A stretch of DNA of 63,293 nt, filler included, from Octopus bimaculoides (taxonomy: Eukaryota): NCBI RefSeq assembly GCF_001194135.2. It is 6 parts of 5 records of this genome, joined end to end, with 100 filler letters (N's around TTAATTAATTAA, not from the genome) between each part and the next. Parts side by side here need not be neighbours in the genome. Positions count along the whole stretch, not along the records: positions 1 to 25,113 come from NC_068985.1; 5 more parts are not named here. The stretch is one strand, 5' to 3'. The position numbers were made by a program, and so were the translations under genes. This document shows, in pieces, positions 1 through 13,882 of the stretch. The notes below the pieces were generated by a model. The model made no database searches and was not told the DNA's origin. It saw only the letters and a program-made list of their open reading frames with translations. The first letter of the stretch is position 1, and each line of letters begins with the position of its first letter.

Positions 1-54
<54 letters not shown>

Positions 55-1027
55 GTCTGTATATGTACCTGTAACTTAGCAGTTTGGCAAAAGAGACTGA
101 TAGAATAAGTACCAGGCTTTAAAAGATAATGAAAAAAATGCCTGGGGTTAATCTGTTCAACTAAAACCCTTCAGAGCAGTGCCCCAAAATTGCTGCAGTC
201 AAATGATTGAAACAAATAAAAGATAGAAGGTATATAAAATGAGTGTGTGTGTAGGCATAGCTATGTAGTTAAGAAGTTTACTTCCCAAGTACATGGTTTT
301 GAGTTCAATTCCACTGCGTGGCATCCTAGTAGTCTTAGGTTGATCAAAGCTTAATGAGTAGATTTCATAGGCAGAAACTAGAAGAAGCCTGTCATATATA
401 TATATATGTATGTATATATATATATATATGACAGGCTTCTTTCAGTTTCTGTTTACCAAATCCAGTCACAAGGCTTTGGTCAGCCCTAAGCGAAAGGAGA
501 AGACACTTGTCCAAGGTACCTTCATGGGAACATGATTAGGACACTAAGACTAAAGAGCACAAAGGGCAAGGTCTAAAAGTCAATAAGTTATATCTATAAC
601 ACAATATGTATTCTATTTCGCTCAAGGACTCCTTAGCAAATGAAGAGCACTTGAGCAAAACAGAATATCATTTTGCTGATCCCATTGTTAGAGATAAAGC
701 ACACACACACACACACACACACACAGATAGATACATACATAAGTACCTACATATGTATAAACATACATGCATTCATACATACATACATACATACATACAT
801 GCATAAAAACAAACAAACTAATTAATTTTGCATAACAGGATCTATTTTTAGATACTCTGAAATTAAATATAGGTATACCTGCAAATTTTAAAATTTCGAA
901 CACAAATTTTAAAATATCAAACACAAACCAGGACTCACTTGAAATGGTTGGTTTCATTTGCATAACCATGTATTTTTTAGTAGTGAAGTTAATTATGCAC
1001 GACAGGGCATTTACTAGGTAATCTGAC

Positions 1028-1058
<31 letters not shown>

Positions 1059-1063
1059 GAACA

Positions 1064-1099
<36 letters not shown>

Positions 1100-1894
1100 N
1101 NNNNNNNNNNNNNNNNNNNNNNNNNNNNNNNNNNNNNNNNNNNNNNNNNNNNNNNNNNNNNNNNNNNNNNNNNNNNNNNNNNNNNNNNNNNNNNNNNNNN
1201 NNNNNNNNNNNNNNNNNNNNNNNNNNNNNNNNNNNNNNNNNNNNNNNNNNNNNNNNNNNNNNNNNNNNNNNNNNNNNNNNNNNNNNNNNNNNNNNNNNNN
1301 NNNNNNNNNNNNNNNNNNNNNNNNNNNNNNNNNNNNNNNNNNNNNNNNNNNNNNNNNNNNNNNNNNNNNNNNNNNNNNNNNNNNNNNNNNNNNNNNNNNN
1401 NNNNNNNNNNNNNNNNNNNNNNNNNNNNNNNNNNNNNNNNNNNNNNNNNNNNNNNNNNNNNNNNNNNNNNNNNNNNNNNNNNNNNNNNNNNNNNNNNNNN
1501 NNNNNNNNNNNNNNNNNNNNNNNNNNNNNNNNNNNNNNNNNNNNNNNNNNNNNNNNNNNNNNNNNNNNNNNNNNNNNNNNNNNNNNNNNNNNNNNNNNNN
1601 NNNNNNNNNNNNNNNNNNNNNNNNNNNNNNNNNNNNNNNTATATATATATATATATATTGTCATCTAAGAGTAAGATCCAGGGATCCAAGTGTTGGAAGT
1701 TTGTAAGCTTCAAATAGTCCATGGTAGGAATAGAAAACAAAAAGTGGACAGTGTACAATCAGGAATAATAGCAATTTATTGGCATTGAAGGTTGCACACT
1801 TTATCCCATATTGAAGTTACAAGGAAATTCAATAAGCTGAAAATTCCTGTATAGCTCACAATTAGTAATTAGAGTTGCTATGAATGTGAATAAA

Positions 1895-2540
1895 AATCCA
1901 AATTTAGGGAGTGGAATGGTTAAAATCTGGGCTACATATGTTTCTTAGCTGATCCTCTGATATAATAATATTTACTTAATGAGGGGTACTCAGCTAAGCT
2001 ATTCATCCTCAGTTTGATGAATAGCTTAGCTGATACCCCTCATTAAGTAACTAGCTTAAAAGCTGCCCTATCTTTTTTCTCTCTAACCTCTTTCTCTCTC
2101 TCTCTCTCTTTCTGTTAATTGTTTTCAACCATCACCATCTACAGTACCACCACCACAACTGCCATACACACACCATTCAGACTTCCACCACCACCACCAC
2201 CACCAATACCTTTGACTTCGCCGCCTTGCCCTCCACCACCATCACTACTGTCTTTCACATCACTGACTGCTTTGGCTACCACCACTACCATCATCACCGT
2301 CGCCTCTGCCTCTATCACAACTACCATCACAACCATCAATCTGCTATTGTCGCTATGCCTACTATTACTCTCACTCCATCATGAGGAATAATGGAAGTGT
2401 CATTGAATAGTGGGAGTGGGGGTCAAAGTGTGACAATCAGAAATTCATTTTGGCGTTTATTATAATAGATTATTACATCAGAGGATCAGCTAAGAAACAT
2501 ATGTAGCCCAGAATTTACCCGTTGCACTCCCTCAATTTGG

Positions 2541-2543
<3 letters not shown>
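1895..2543. repeat. Foldback/MITE-like structure: ~70-bp outer inverted repeats enclosing a 35-bp hairpin
   Basis: 1895-1968 is the inverse of 2470-2543 with few mismatches. Inner hairpin 1972-2007/2016-2050 has one bulged base and an 8-nt loop. Confidence 0.7.
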
Positions 2544-2588
<45 letters not shown>

Positions 2589-2619
2589 ATGTGTGTGTGT
2601 GTGCATGTATACTCTTTAC

Positions 2620-2819
2620 TCTCTTTTACTTGGTTCAGTCATTTGACTGCGGCCATGCTGGAGCACCGCCTTTAGTTGAGCAAATTGACCCCAGGACTTA
2701 TTCTTTGGAAGCCTAGTACTTATTCTATCGGTCTCTTTTGCCGAACCACTAAGTTACGGGGACATAAACACACCAGCATCGGTTGTCAAGTGATGTTGGT
2801 GGACAAACACATACACACG

Positions 2820-2857
<38 letters not shown>

Positions 2858-3155
2858 NNNNNNNNNNNNNNNNNNNNNNNNNNNNNNNNNNNNNNNNNNN
2901 NNNNNNNNNNNNNNNNNNNNNNNNNNNNNNNNNNNNNNNNNNNNNNNNNNNNNNNNNNNNNNNNNNNNNNNNNNNNNNNNATATACGACTGGCTTCTTTC
3001 AGTTTCCGTCTACCAAATCCACTCACAAGGCTTTGGTCAGCCCAAGGCTTTGGTCAGCCCAAGGCTATAGTAGAAGACACTTGCCCAAAGTGCCACGCAG
3101 TGGGACTGAACCCAGAACCATGTGGTTTGTAAGCAAGCTACTTACCACACAGCCA
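2620..3155 (-). mobile_element. Full-length copy of the same OR2-like SINE
   Basis: Reverse complement of the 57670 family; its internal (TA)n is an assembly gap; short internal duplication of ccaaggctttggtcagc. Confidence 0.85.
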
Positions 3156-3639
3156 CTCCTATGCCTATTCATGTTCGTGTTTCCTTTTTTTAATATTACA
3201 CAGTAGTTGTAAACAAGCATTACATTCATACAAACAGAGCCCTTCATTTCTAATCTTCCATGAAAATGGGTCCAAACATAGGCAAATATTACCTTGCTTG
3301 GAAACAGGTAAGTGTTAGTGATAGGAAAGGCATCTAGCTGTAGAAATTTGCCTCAACTAATTCTCTCATACAAGCATGGAAAAGTGAACGTCAAACAGTG
3401 ATGACATATATAGTACATATATGATTCAACATATATGATTCTACTTAGTCACTTAAGCAGCTAGAAATAACAACCAAATATCCTTTCAGCTACACACTAT
3501 TGTCTTTGAAAGATGAAGTATGTATTAGATAATGTTATTTAATGATTACAAAGTGTAGTATACTACACCTTATAACCATTAATGGTCAGTGGTCAAGTGT
3601 AGGGTGTGTTAAGGACATAACTAGCTATGTGTCTGTGTG

Positions 3640-4085
3640 TCTAGCATTTTGCAAATAAAATCAGAAGAGGCTGGGCAATGTCATTATGAAAGGTTGTAGA
3701 ACATGGAGAATGAATGGGAAGAGGAGAGTCTGCTAAATAATGTTGACCCAACTGAGGGACCAGTTACCCGAATTGACAGTACCTTGGTACATAAAGCAAT
3801 TAAGGATATTAAGACAGGGAAAGTCCTTGGCCCATCAGGAATCACCGCTGAGATATTTCAAATATCTGGTAGTGTGGGTTATGGTCTAGTCACCTGTATT
3901 GTAAATCAGGTGGTTCACAAAAGAGTCATACCCAATAACTGGTGTAGCAGCACTATAGTCAACTGCTATAAAGGTAAAGGTGATGCCTTAGATAGAAATA
4001 ATTAAAGAGGTATCAAATTGTTGGATCAGGTGATGAAAGTTACAGAGAGAATCATAGTCCAACTAAGTTAGGGAGAGAGTTCCTT
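3640..4085 (+). mobile_element. RTE-clade LINE ORF2 fragment (start of RT region), decayed
   Basis: KAIKDIKTGKVLGPSGITAEIF...IPNNWCSSTIVNCYKGKGDALDRNN*RGIKLLDQVMKVTERII. RTE RT motifs with in-frame stops. Confidence 0.85.
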
Positions 4086-4541
4086 TCGAGTGTTGGTCCT
4101 CATGGAGACAATGACCGAGATCTCTGGCCTTATATCATATGCTTGAGAAGAAGACTCATCAAGCCAAGCAAAATCGCAGTCATGGCAGATACCAGTGTCA
4201 AGATAATGGCACCCATGCCAGTGGTACATAAAAGCACCCATTATATTCTCAGAGTGGTTGGCATTAGGAAGGGCATCCAGCCATAGAAACCATGCCAAAT
4301 CAGACTGGAGTCTGGTGCAGCCTTCCAGCTTGTCAGCGGCGACGAAGAAGAAGAAGATATTTGTATTTGATATCCCAGGAAGCAAAACAGCAGCTAAAGT
4401 CCTTTCACCAGAGAAGACAACTGTTGCGTGATATAGGACACATCATCTACCAAATATGAAGCAAGTGGAATTTTTCCGCAGTGTTATAAACCCAGGATTG
4501 GTTGGTTGTCATTCTTTGCTCTTTTTCATTTTTTGTACCAG

Positions 4542-4718
4542 ACATCATTTCATTGCATTATCATACATTTTATCTCACTTATTGAAAACCCTGATGGCCT
4601 TTTCTTCACAAGCTCTGAGATTAATGTTTGCTGAAGATGAAGCCTTTAGCTGCCTTCAAAACTTCTTTCTTCTAACCAACTGCCTTTTGATTTCCTTGGA
4701 GGAACAGGAGTTGTGCAG
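4542..4718 (+). CDS. AP5Z1: AP-5 complex subunit zeta-1, probable coding exon 2 (first exon found; GC donor)
   Basis: Acceptor ttttgtaccAG, then (R)HHFIALSYILSHLLKTLMAFSSQALRLMFAEDEAFSCLQNFFLLTNCLLISLEEQELC, ending phase 2 at AG|GCAAGA. Phase matches the next exon. EAFSCLQNFFLL weakly resembles recalled human DTLDSLQRLFLI. Both boundaries are less certain than for the other exons. Confidence 0.55.
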
Positions 4719-5331
4719 GCAAGATACAGAAAAGAACTGGGACGGGAAAGGAGTATACACTATGAATGGAGATGAGAAGATAAAAAAAAAAATAGCAAAC
4801 AGGAGAAAAAAGTAAAGCTTTAAAATAAACAAAAGATCAAATTGTAATTCTGCAGAATTTATAGAAATATCTCTTGAATGAATTGTGTTCTAATTTTGTG
4901 GCAGTTCTTTTGTAATTCCTTATCAGCTTTGTAGCAATTTTGAAGCAGTTTTTCTATAGCAAATTGTATTGTAATTCTGAATCAATTTAGCTGCAATTTA
5001 AAGCAATATTTCTGTAGAAATTAAGGCAGAATCATTAACACACCATTAGCTGGCAGTATCATTAGCACACCAGGCAAAATGCTTAGCATTTCATCCGTCT
5101 TCACATTCTGAGTTCAAATTCCACCAAAGTCGACTTTGCCTTTCATTCTTTTAGGGTTGATAAAGTAAGTACCAGTTGAGTTCTGAGGTTGATGCAGTTG
5201 ACTTAACCCCTCCCTCAAAATTGCTGGCCTTGTGCCAAAATTTGAAATCAGTATTTCTGTAAGAATTTTACTGTAATTCAGTAGCAACTCTTGAGCAATG
5301 TATGATATTGTTGTCTCTCATTATGTTCCAG

Positions 5332-5536
5332 TATACCTTCAAAACTATTGTCGAACCTCTTTCTATCTGCTGTGGTGGTGAAGAAGAGTAACCGGGAATG
5401 TCTGCTGTGTAAACAGATCTTTATTGAACTGCTGGCTTCAGATGAGGATGAAGATGGTAACCATATGGCTGAGATGTTCAACAACAGTGTTGATGTTTCC
5501 AGGGCCATCGACAGTTTACCTTTCTATTTGGTACAG
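5332..5536 (+). CDS. AP5Z1: AP5Z1 coding exon
   Basis: ttatgttccAG acceptor and CAG|GTGAGA donor. Encodes IPSKLLSNLFLSAVVVKKSNRECLLCKQIFIELL...SLPFYLVQ. Phase 2 in, phase 0 out; ends at the position of recalled human ...VLLAQ|G. Confidence 0.8.
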
Positions 5537-7937
5537 GTGAGACCCCACTTCAACCTTCTTTGTTTTATTGTTTTATTTCTATTTTCCTCAGCTATCCTGA
5601 GAAGATTGTGTTTATTTGAGCAGCTTTTGTTGTTGTTTAGTTACAAGACAACCTTCATTGACCAAAAGTAGTGGTTCTTAATCATTATGATTTGACTAAT
5701 ACCTTGTGAATGAATTTGGAAGACAGAAACTGTTTAAAGTTTATTATGTATGTATGTATGTCTGCATTCATATGTCTGTGTTTGTTTGCATTTTTTGCTT
5801 CTCCAAATATTGCTGGGCTACAAGCAGTAACATTGTTATTTCTCCTGTTAACAAATCATCTTCTGAATTAATCATCCAAAGACATGTGGAATAAGAGATC
5901 CCTTACATGAAAAGCAGGTAAGGGTTAGTGACATGAATGGCATCATCATCAACATTTAACATCTGTTTTCCATGCTGGCATGATTTGGATGGCTTGACAG
6001 GAACTGGTAAAGCCAGGGATCACACCAAGTTCCACTTCCAACCACTATAATAGAGTATTGGGTACTTTTTACATGGCATCCAGCTGTAAAACAATGTTGC
6101 ACTAATATATTTGTCAAACCCATGTTCTCTTGGAAAAACAGACACAGAAAGAACAGCTATAACGAATGATATACTGGAGTTCAAATACAAAAAATTACTG
6201 GTACACTTTGTATGGTTAGGGAAATAAAAAATCTGTTCTAAAGTTTAAATATTTAAGTAAAAAATAAAAAAATCTGTTGCCCACTTTGTTTTAATTAGCA
6301 AAATTATTCTTTTATTTGTTTCAGTCATTTGACTGCAGTCATGCTGGAGCACCACCTTTAGTCAAACAAATCGACCCAAGGACTTATTCTAGTACTTCTA
6401 TCAGTCTCTTTTGCCAAAAACCACTAAATTACGGGGACGTAAACACACCAACATCCGTTGTCAAGCGATGGTGGGAGGACAAACACAGACACACAAATAC
6501 GTACATATACATACGACTGGATTCTTCCAGTTTCTGTCTACCAAATCCACTCACAAGGCTTTGGTCAGCCCAAGGTGTCATGTGGTGGAACTGAACGCAG
6601 AACCATGTGGTTGGGAAGCACACTTCTTACCACACAGCCATTCCTGCACCTATATTGATAAATTTTAACAAGCTTGTCATTAGTATGGATTTTTTCAAGT
6701 CTCAATTATATTTCTCAAAACCTGCACCATACCTAGATATCCCTTGCTGCTCATCATTTGAGAATCACTGATCAAAAATATTCCAGCCATAACTATCTTT
6801 TAACTTTTATCTTTTATTTGTGTCAATCATTAGACTGCAGCCATGCTGGGGTTCCGCCTTGAAGAATTTTTAGTTGAACAATTCGACCCCAGTACTTTTT
6901 TTTTTATTAAGCTTCAACTTATTCTATCAATCTTTTTTGCCAAGCTGCTATGTTACAGGGACACATACCAACACTGATTGTCATGCTGTGATGGGCAACA
7001 AACACAGGCACTATCACACTCACACACATACACATGATGGGCTTCTTTCAGTTTCTGTCTACAAAATCCACTCACGGTTTTGGTTAGCCCAAGGCTATTG
7101 TAGAAGACACTTGCCCAAAGTGCTGTGCAGTGGAACTGAACCCAGAACCATGTAGCTGGAAAACAATCTTCTTGCCACACAGCCACACCTGACTACCCTA
7201 TCTTTTTTGAATAGTAGGGATTATAATATTCAATGCATTCTCCTTTTTAAGTTTCTTAAAGGAGAATAGGTTGATATTTCTAGCACTGCTATGTTATCTG
7301 CCATTCTATTGTTTACTATCTTCATGAAGCCTATGTATGAAGGATTGCATTAGATATAACTCTACCATCACTCTTTCCTTCCTTTACACCCACCATTGTT
7401 CACTCTCATAACTATCCCTAATTCTCACTTCCCTTCTACCACCCTCTCATTCCACTCACCCTCAGCTATCATACTCTTTCTCCTTTTATGCTGGTTCTTC
7501 TTTGGCAGTCATTGCTCTCATTTCTGTCCACTTTCTCTGTCATGTCACCTTGAGCAAATAATCAAATCATGAAACTGTGAAGACTCTTTAAATTTACTGG
7601 AAACAAACAAACCCACACCCATCACCCTTTGTAAAATAGTTGGTGAATGACTGAAGATGGTAGGATGTGATTTTGAGGGAGATTTGGCCACTATGTCAAA
7701 CAAACTGAACTAAAAAACTAGGAGGCTCTCTCATTGGCTTATGGTCAACTCATTTGTTCTCGTTGCTAGAAATAGTAACTGAATTTCCCTCAAATCACAC
7801 AATATTATGTTTAAATAATATACCGGATAGTCAAAGCCGGAATGTCATTAATCACATAGATGCCATATCATGGCTGATTTCAAATCTAAACAAAAGTGAA
7901 TTTCAGTGATTCAGTTAAATTCTACTCTATTTTTCAG

Positions 7938-7984
7938 GGACAAAAGATTGGTTGTCTAGCCAAGATGGTTTCTGAAGCTGTAAG
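7938..7984 (+). CDS. AP5Z1: AP5Z1 coding exon (47 nt)
   Basis: tattttttcAG acceptor and AAG|GTAAGT donor. Encodes GQKIGCLAKMVSEAV(R). Phases 0/2 bridge the neighbouring exons. Confidence 0.75.
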
Positions 7985-8157
7985 GTAAGTTTAGATGCTT
8001 ATGATTATAATATATCCTATTGCTAACAATACAGCAATACTTGAGAACAAACTATGCGACAACTAATAGGAGTGATGAGGAAGAGAGGGGGTATTGTCAA
8101 AGGAATAAATTATTTCAGATTATGAAGTTAGAATCACAGCAATGTACATGAATGTAT

Positions 8158-8670
8158 CATCATCATCATCATCATCGTTTAACGTCCGCTTTCCATGCTA
8201 GCATGGGTTGGACGATTTGACTGAGGACTGGTGAAACCGGATGGCAACACCAGGCTCCAGTCTGATTTGGCAGAGTTTCTACAGCTGGATGCCCTTCCTA
8301 ACGCCAACCACTCAGAGAGTGTAGTGGGTGCTTTTACGTGTCACCCGCACGAAAACGGCCACGCTCGAAATGGTGTCTTTTATGTGCCACCCGCACAAGC
8401 CAGTCCAGGGGCACTGGCAACGATCTCGCTCGAAAATCCTACAGGAGCCAGTCAGGCGGTACTGGCAACGGCCACGCTCAAAATGGTGCATCTCATGTGC
8501 CACCCGCACAAGAACCAGTCCAGGGGCACTGGCAACGATCTTACTTGGCTTGCCGGGTCTTCTCACGCACAGCCCATTTCCAAAGGTCTCGGTCCGTAGT
8601 CATCGCCTCGGTGAGGCCCAATGTACGAAGGTCTTGCCTCACCACCTCAGCCCAGGTCTTCCTAGGTCAT
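8158..8670 (-). mobile_element. 5'-truncated young RTE LINE (ORF2 C-terminus + 3' UTR + (GAT)n tail)
   Basis: The - strand encodes PRKTWAEVVRQDLRTLGLTEAMTTDRDLWKWAVREKTRQAK-stop (stop at 8541-8543), followed by a UTR with internal repeats and a ...GTTAAAC(GAT)n tail. Confidence 0.85.
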
Positions 8671-11626
8671 CAGAATTCTGTGTCCTGGACCGTAACAAAG
8701 TAAAAACAAAAAAAAATCAAAGTTAGAATGGTGAAGGAAGGGTAGAGATATGAGGATTAATTGTGATGTGTTTTAAGGGCTATAAAACACAAAGAATAAA
8801 ACAAAGCCTAAAAGTGTTTGATGTGGAGGAAGGGAATAAACACAGCATCTGCAGGTCCATGGCTACTGGAACAAATATGTTGTCAGAGTTAGGGAGAAGC
8901 CGATAGGAACAAATATATACACATGCACACATGATGTGTGTGTCTGTGCATACTGTGATAAACAGACAGACACATGCATATTGAGAGATGTGAGCATGCA
9001 CCAATAATCATTTACATATGCCCATCTATCTTTGATTGTTCTCTTAAACATGAACTGCATGGTTGTGTATTTTCAGTCCTGCTAGCTAGGGGCATACACT
9101 GTTGCACAGATGTGGCAACAACAGGTGCCTCTTGTAACAGTTGTTCAGAGAGATTACCACCAACAGCAAGACATGCCTTCTTTACATTATGGAATTTTTC
9201 TTTGAGTGTATTGTCTTTTTTAGCTACAGTCAGACATAGCTTACAACACGTAATAGAGACATTAAAAATCAAACAATGCTTGGGCCACAAACTTTTTAAA
9301 GGGAAGAAAGGCTTTGTACAGAGCTAACTCCACTCTCCAAACAATGTATGCATTTGTCCCAAAATAAAAGAATTAGTCTACATCATTGGATGCAAACAAT
9401 GTTGCAGGCGTTTCTGTGTGGTAAGAAGCTTCCTTTCCAACCACATGGTTCCAGGCTCAGTCCCACTGTGTGACACTTTGGGCAAGTGTCTTCTACTCAA
9501 GCCTCAGGCCAACCAAATCTTGTGGGTGGATTTGGTAGACAGAAACTGGTAAAAGTCTGTTGTATATATACATGTGTCTGTGTTTGTCCCTCCATCCCTG
9601 CTTGACAACCGGTGCTGGTGTGTTTACGTCCCCATAACTTAGCGGTTCAGAAAAAGAGATTGATAGAATAAGTACTAGACTTAAAATATGTCTTGGGGTT
9701 GATTTGGTTAACTAAAACTCGCCAAGGTTGTGCTCCAGCATGGCCGCAGTCAAATGACTGAAATAAGTAAAAGAATGTTACATCAGCATTTTCCTTCTCC
9801 AAGGGAAATGTCTAAGCAACAACGTGGGGTCTCTCACTTCCAGTTGTTGGATGGCCAATGACTCTCTTGAGTTCATCTATCCATTGACAGGTTTGGGTTT
9901 TTTTTTCCATTCTGCTGGGTGTCCACTGGAATCAAAACTTCTTACCAAGCAGGCTTCATAGGTTTTTCAGTTTAGTCTCCAACAGCTTGATCATGTGACA
10001 GGTTGCACTTGGTTGCATGTTACCAGTTGCACCAAATGCACCCTAACATTGAGCAACTTTCTCAAAGCAAGCTATCTCTGTATCACTTTGTTGTGCTTTT
10101 AGGAAAATGATTACAGCATGTCTTTTCATTTGCTGAGTCAACCTGATATCTGACATTATTTATCTGAAAAGCAAAGTAAAACAAATAAGAAAGCTAGAGC
10201 TCTTGAAAGAGGTGTCCTCAAAAACTGATGTACCCTGTATATCACCATGATCATCATTATCAACAGTTAATGTCTGTTTTCCATGCTAGCATGGGTTGGA
10301 CAGCTTGACAGGAACTGGCAAGGCCAGGGACTGCACCAGGTTCCATAATCCATTTTGGCTTGCTTTCTACAGCTGGATACCTTTCCAAATGCCAGCTACT
10401 TTTTACATGTCACCAGCACCAGTGTTTTTTTATATGGCACCAGCACCCACACTAATACTTTTTATGTGGTACCTTGGTTTTCCTCTTAATAACTCAATTG
10501 TTTCTGAATGTCCAGAATTTAAGTGAGAGTTGAATTCACTTTGAAATGATGTTATAACTGTGGTTACTTTCTTGACTATAACTAATGATATGGTTATTCT
10601 GATATTGCCAAATGTGGACTAGTCCTTAAATTCCCTGGTCAGTTTAGAATTAAATATGATTAGGTTATCTAATGTAAATTGGTAAACTGTAGGATTAATA
10701 ACAATGAAAAACTTGCTAGACTAACTACATTATTTTAGAATTAATTAGATTTATACCTTTCCACTAAGTGACTATTTTCATTAGCTATGTTGTGTTAAAA
10801 CCTACTAGATCTGGAAATTAACAAATTTAGCAGCATTGAGTGGAAGAGTGAATTAATTCAGAATTTTTAAGAAGAGCAATAGAGACAATGTGAATGCAAT
10901 ATATACATATAGCAACATGCAAATTAACTGAATGACTAAGTAAACAAATATTCATGTGCATCCTCAAGGTGCATTCACCATCATCATTATCAAGATTTAA
11001 CATCCGTTTTCCATGCTGGCATGGATTGGATGGTTTGACAGGAACTGGCTAAGCAGAAGACTACACCAGGCTTCACTGTCTGTTTTGGCATGGTAGTTGT
11101 AATTAAATTTTTAAAGCAAGCTATGAATGTTTGGCATTTTATTTTGAACAATTATCTATTAAGTTTTTCTTTTTATAATCTTCTGGAAAATATTATTAAA
11201 GCAAGATATCATTAAGGTGGAAGAGCATTAAGTATGTGTGTATGTATATATATATGTATGTGTGTGTGTGCATGCATGTATATATGCAAATTTTTTTATT
11301 GTTAGATATGATTACCTTTATCTAAATCTGGATACACCCACCTTCATACACATTAATTTCATTCTATTTATGGGAGGAGCCCTTGGCTTTCATTCCCCAC
11401 ATATTTGTTGGCTTTCTTGTTGGTAATGTTTTTTCCTATGTATATGCATAAATGTAATTCTTTTCCCAAATAAATTGCACTTCATATTCAAAGCTTTGAT
11501 GAAACTATAAGGTGTTACTCAGGCACTCAACAGCTGTTTCTGCTATAAGAGTCCACTGTATCTGATAGCGGAAACAGCTGTAAGCTAATGAAGTTCATAA
11601 GATAATCATTCTTTGTTATCTCATTT

Positions 11627-11702
<76 letters not shown>

Positions 11703-11874
11703 TTTATATATTTTTTTTTGCAATTACTTTTTCTCCTTTTAGTTTTCCATTTTGATCTTCCTTCTGATGATAGAACAGCATCCAAAACATTGAGACTTCT
11801 TTTTAAGCATTAAACTGACATATTTGTCCCTCCCATGTTGTCATCTTTTTGTGCTCATTGTATTCTGCTATATA

Positions 11875-11913
<39 letters not shown>

Positions 11914-12078
11914 GAAATATTGCTAATCTTTATTTAAAATAAGTGGAAAGAAATCAGTGTGACATTATGTTGCGATTATATGAAATGTGTCTTAGCTATA
12001 TATGTTTCACACCACTAGAACTAGATCACCTTGACTTTTAATTTATATCTTGATGTTTTTGTGGATATCTGTCCTCAG

Positions 12079-12176
12079 GTGGCTATCTTCTGGCAATGCT
12101 GAAATCGACAAACAACGTAGAGCCTTCACGTTCATTGTGGCAGTTGTCAGTCTTCATTCTGAGATCATCAAAAGAG
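12079..12176 (+). CDS. AP5Z1: AP5Z1 coding exon
   Basis: ctgtcctcAG acceptor and GAG|GTGAGA donor. Encodes WLSSGNAEIDKQRRAFTFIVAVVSLHSEIIKR(D). Phases 2/1. Confidence 0.8.
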
Positions 12177-13239
12177 GTGAGATACTCTCTCTGCATGTGT
12201 CTCTTACTAAACATGAGAATAAACTGAGCTACAATATAGATCATCTGGAGAAATTATATAGCTGGACAAGCTGGTAGGTTGTCAGCATCCTGAGAAAAGG
12301 TTCATATTTCATCAACAGTGTTGCATGTTGTCATCAGTAGAGAATCTTCAACCTCACAAACCTAGTCTGTATTACTGTAAATAGATACCATAGTAGTTGT
12401 ACCATTCACTGATGAATATAAATAAAGTACCATGAAAAATTGGTGCAGTTCACTTCTGTAAAAGGTACTATTTGAGATTCAGTTCACTTCTGGAAATAGG
12501 TTCCATAGAATGGTACAACTCATTATTGAAAGTAGTGACACAGACTATTCTAACTAGTGTTTTGTTAACCTTCAGTGCTAAGCTGAAATTCTTCCATGAG
12601 TATGATTTAGAAGAGTGTTGGTGACCTGTCATAGAGACCTGCTCTAGATACACTACGTGAAGTCAATTTTCATAACAGACCCATTAAAATAATTTAAGAA
12701 TTGATTGAGAAAGATCAACAACTACTGTTCAAAAATGTTATGTGATTGAACCCTAACCACCAGATATTGTACTGGTACTTACAACGCCACCACTTGTTTT
12801 AATGGTACATAAAATGGTACCAGTTCTTGCATTAGTTAAAAATAGTAGCCTCCAGCAGTAAGGGTTGATAGGAATCTGTGTCTGCAGCTCTGAGTAATAC
12901 TTCTGGTTTCTTGTGGAAGACTAGCAGTTGCCTATACATGGAAGTCTTCCCTCTCCATACCACCAACATTGTCCAAGGAGAAGGCCAGTTCTTTAGAGCC
13001 GATGCAGCTTGGTACAAGTGACATTCCAAGTATTGCTGTCAGAATGTCCATTACCCTAAAACAGTTTTATCAGTTCACCACCATGGGTTTTTTATCGACC
13101 TCTAAAAAGTATAAAAGACAAAGCTGACCTCATCTGGATTTGAACTCAGAACATTGAAACTTGGATCAAATATTGTGGTACATTGTATCCAATACCTTAA
13201 TAACTCTTCAAATCCACTACCTCTCTACAATGCCATCAG

Positions 13240-13450
13240 TTATTGTATCGGGCCCTATATCATACCACAGGCAATTGTGTTAGGCTTTATATAATGTCAC
13301 CAGTTATATGGTGTTTGGTCCTATATAGTGCTATCATTTATTGTGTTGAGCCCTATGCAATGCTCCCAGTTATTATTTTGGATCCTATGCAATGTTGCCT
13401 ATTATTTGTGTTGGCTTTTATACAATGCTGCCAATTTCTGTGTTCCATAT
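13240..13450. repeat. Degenerate ~32-bp minisatellite, about 6 units, in an AP5Z1 intron
   Basis: Recurring TTATTGTGTTGGGCCCTATATAATGCT-like unit. Confidence 0.6.
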
Positions 13451-13809
13451 TACATCACTGCAAGAGTTAATAGAACCAACTTTATACATCCACCATTAAC
13501 CTCTTTAGGATGTATTAGCATGTTACACCAATTCCAATGATCACTCTGCTAATTTCTTCCCTGACTCATTTTAACCATGATGTCAGACTGGCTATTTATT
13601 CCACTGTTGGATTGACTCTATGGAACATATTAGTTTCTACTGCATAATAGATCTGTGCTATACTTCAACAAGAGTTTAAACTTATGAATTGTTATTTCTG
13701 GTTCAATCCCACTACACAGTAGCTTGCTCAGACATGTGGCTTCAACTACAGCTCCAGGACTAGCAATGCCTTGTGAGTTAATTTGACAGATGGAAGTTGT
13801 AGGAAACCC

Positions 13810-13882
<73 letters not shown>

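Noticed and set aside
3250-3315. Candidate AP5Z1 exon 1 ending in CAG|GTAAGT
   Set aside because: The donor-like motif is part of a dispersed repeat (similar sequence at about 5890-5930), and the peptide does not resemble the AP5Z1 N-terminus.
9012-9290. 92-aa minus-strand ORF within an AP5Z1 intron (possible nested gene)
   Set aside because: No recognisable homology, weak splice signals and no partner exons.
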